Positions 61,739 to 64,000 of a stretch of DNA of 64,000 nucleotides are shown one piece after another. The stretch is from an uncultured Nitrospiraceae bacterium (GTDB lineage Bacteria > Nitrospirota > Thermodesulfovibrionia > Thermodesulfovibrionales > Dissulfurispiraceae). Location of the stretch: NCBI GenBank assembly GCA_963727805.1, contig CAVSHF010000003.1, positions 2,304,001 to 2,368,000 of the forward strand, read 5' to 3'. The position numbers and the translations under genes are program-made. The notes under the pieces were generated by a model, which saw only the letters and a program-made list of their open reading frames with translations, was not told the origin of the DNA and did not search any database. Positions within the stretch are counted from its first letter, which is position 1, and each line of letters begins with the position of its first letter.

Positions 61739-64000
61739 TTATGTGACCCTGACCCGTTCACCTGTCAGCCTTTCTACTTCCGCGGCAAAATTGCCGCATG
61801 GCTCAAGCTGAGAAACGATAATGATGCGGAAATCCTTCATAGTCAGTTTCAGTTCGAATGTACCATGTTCTTTTCCGTTTGCGGGGAGTGCAAGCAATCC
61901 CCTGATGCTCTTCAGCTTGTCAAGTGTGTCATTCCGATCGCCCTTTAATGATACCTCATACTTAAGCGCAATCTCCATCCCGGAGATGTCCTGGATCTCG
62001 CGTGCGATGAGCTTGGCCCCCTTGTCTGCCTTCGTCAGCTGCCCTCTGATCAGCATGACGCTGCCTTTTTTCAGCATCTCCGCATTTTTCCGATAGAGGT
62101 CCGAAAAAGTAAGGGCTTCAACACTGCCGGTTTCGTCTTCAAGAAGAATGTATGCGGTAATGCTCTTTTCTTTGGCGCGGGTTTTGATGTCGCTAATGAT
62201 GCCGGCTATGGTGATATCGGTCCTTTCCTCAAAATAACTCTTGCCATCGGCGGGCTGTTCTGAAGACTGCTCCTGTAGTTCGGAGATGGCGGATATCGGG
62301 GTCACGTTCATCTTCGAAAGGGTCTTCCGGTATCGTGTCATCGGGTGACCCGACAGGTAAAACCCGAGGGCCTCCTTTTCATAACCGAGAAGCGTGTTCT
62401 CATCCCAGGCCTGGGAGCTCTCCCGGGCAGGCTCCATGTCACCGAACAGGCCCGGTCCCTTGTCGACCGTCTTGCCCTGCAAAGCAAAGGCATCGATTGC
62501 CATTGCCCTTATATGCGCGGAGCTGAGGGAGTGGCAGATCCCGTCTCCCGGCGTTTTAGGCGACCGCCGGAAAAGAGAATCAAAGGCCCCTGCCTTGATT
62601 AGGCTTTCGACCACTTTCTTATTGACCTTCTTGTTGTCGATTCTCGCAAGGAAATTATCGAATGTTTCAAAGATGCCCTTTTCGCGTTCAGCAAGGATAA
62701 TCTCGATTGCAGCACCCCCCACCCCTTTCACTGCTTCGAGCCCGAACCTGACCGAGCTGCCATCTATCTTGAATTCGCGCTCGCTTTCGTTGATATCGGG
62801 TGGCAGCATAGCGATGTTCATGCCCCGGCATTCGTTGATGAGCTTGACGATCCTATCGGTGTCCCCCATGTCGGTGCTGAAGTTGGCCGTCATAAATTCC
62901 ACGGGATAATGGACCTTGAGATAGGCAGTCTGATAGGCAACATAGGCATAGGCAGCTGAGTGGGACTTGTTGAAGCCGTATTGAGCAAAGGGCTCCATCT
63001 TTTCGAAGAGTTCCTTGGCCTGCTTTTCGGCAATACCATTATTCTTCGCACCCGCGATGAAGTCCTCCTTCTGCTTCGCCATTTCTTCGGGTTTTTTCTT
63101 GCCCATAGCGCGTCGCAACAAATCGGCCTGCCCCATCGAGAAGCTGGCGATCTTGTTGGCGATCATCATGACCTGTTCCTGATAGAGGATGATGCCGTAA
63201 GTCTCGTCGAGTATCTCCTTCAATTGCGGAAGTTCGTAAGTGACCTCGGCTTCACCTTTTTTATTCTTGATGAAATCATCGATCCACCCCATAGGACCAG
63301 GTCGGTACAAGGCGACGAGAGCGATAAGGTCTTCGAACCGGTTCGGCAGCATCCTTACAAGGATGTCTCTCATACCAGCACTTTCGAGCTGGAATATGCC
63401 CGTTGTCTCGCCCGAGGTCAGGAACTTATATGTTGCCTCATCGTCAACGGGGATTTCGCAAAGAGCAATATCTCCACCCTGCTGTTTTATGAATTGTACG
63501 GTCTTGTCCATAATCGTGAGAGTCTTTAGTCCCAAAAAGTCGAACTTGAGAAGCCCCATGCTCTCAATTGACTTCATGTCGAACTGTGTAGTGACCACAT
63601 CTTCGGCAGGGTTCTTGTAGAGCGCGGTGAAATATGTGAGCGGCTCGGGAGCGATCACCACTCCCGCCGCGTGAGTCGAGGCGTGGCGTGAAAGCCCTTC
63701 GAGTCTCTTGGCAATGTCGATCATTTCCTTCATCTGAGGATTTGTATCATAAATCTCCCTCAACCTTGGCTCAACCTTAAGGGCGTCATCAAGGCACTTG
63801 ACCTCGGGGCCCACAGGAATGAGTTTGGCTATCTTGTCCACCTCGACATAGGGAATTTCCAGCACACGCCCCACATCCCTCACCGCCGCCTTGGAAGCCA
63901 TCGTCCCGAAGGTTATGATCTGAGCCACGTTGTCCTTGCCGTATTTGTCGGAGACGTAGGTTATAACCTCCTGGCGCCGGTCCTTGCAGAAGTCGACGTC
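61739..64000 (-). CDS. dnaE: DNA polymerase III alpha subunit (5' part outside window)
   Basis: Frame open to the window edge (DVDFC...); THAAGVVI, KFDFLGL, GFNKSH, OB fold. Confidence 0.97.
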   Translation of the reverse strand, partial: DVDFCKDRRQEVITYVSDKYGKDNVAQIITFGTMASKAAVRDVGRVLEIPYVEVDKIAKLIPVGPEVKCLDDALKVEPRLREIYDTNPQMKEMIDIAKRLEGLSRHASTHAAGVVIAPEPLTYFTALYKNPAEDVVTTQFDMKSIESMGLLKFDFLGLKTLTIMDKTVQFIKQQGGDIALCEIPVDDEATYKFLTSGETTGIFQLESAGMRDILVRMLPNRFEDLIALVALYRPGPMGWIDDFIKNKKGEAEVTYELPQLKEILDETYGIILYQEQVMMIANKIASFSMGQADLLRRAMGKKKPEEMAKQKEDFIAGAKNNGIAEKQAKELFEKMEPFAQYGFNKSHSAAYAYVAYQTAYLKVHYPVEFMTANFSTDMGDTDRIVKLINECRGMNIAMLPPDINESEREFKIDGSSVRFGLEAVKGVGGAAIEIILAEREKGIFETFDNFLARIDNKKVNKKVVESLIKAGAFDSLFRRSPKTPGDGICHSLSSAHIRAMAIDAFALQGKTVDKGPGLFGDMEPARESSQAWDENTLLGYEKEALGFYLSGHPMTRYRKTLSKMNVTPISAISELQEQSSEQPADGKSYFEERTDITIAGIISDIKTRAKEKSITAYILLEDETGSVEALTFSDLYRKNAEMLKKGSVMLIRGQLTKADKGAKLIAREIQDISGMEIALKYEVSLKGDRNDTLDKLKSIRGLLALPANGKEHGTFELKLTMKDFRIIIVSQLEPCGNFAAEVERLTGERVRVT

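Overview
Bacterial chromosome segment. Gene content and order resemble Nitrospirota (Thermodesulfovibrionia-like); this is inference only. Housekeeping blocks are hisD end/cutA/purF/uvrB, uvrC/PBP1A, ftsEX-envC-ctpA, split transketolase, kdsA, fba-pfp, cadCA-like, tRNA-Lys(CTT), nusB/ribH, mreBCD-mrdA-rodA, ftsY, accA and dnaE. They flank an accessory zone (~12.7-32.2 kb). That zone holds a lactate racemase beside an internally deleted FAD/Fe-S dehydrogenase, several pseudogenes, a complete group II intron, an intact IS1380 and an IS110/IS1111 element. The most notable unannotated signals are: (i) a ~160-nt rod-shaped ncRNA candidate with a near-consensus sigma70 promoter, a U-tract and three exact 16-bp repeats upstream, plus other long structured intergenic elements; (ii) a group II intron whose EBS1 reads TGTCCG and which sits inside an IS21-type terminal repeat, with a vacant copy of that repeat about 6.5 kb away; (iii) an IS1111 bridge/seek-RNA loop whose guide segments match the actual insertion flanks, with a tandemly duplicated right inverted repeat; (iv) an unlisted 54-aa zinc-ribbon microprotein. 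All RNA folds were done by eye and no database searches were run.
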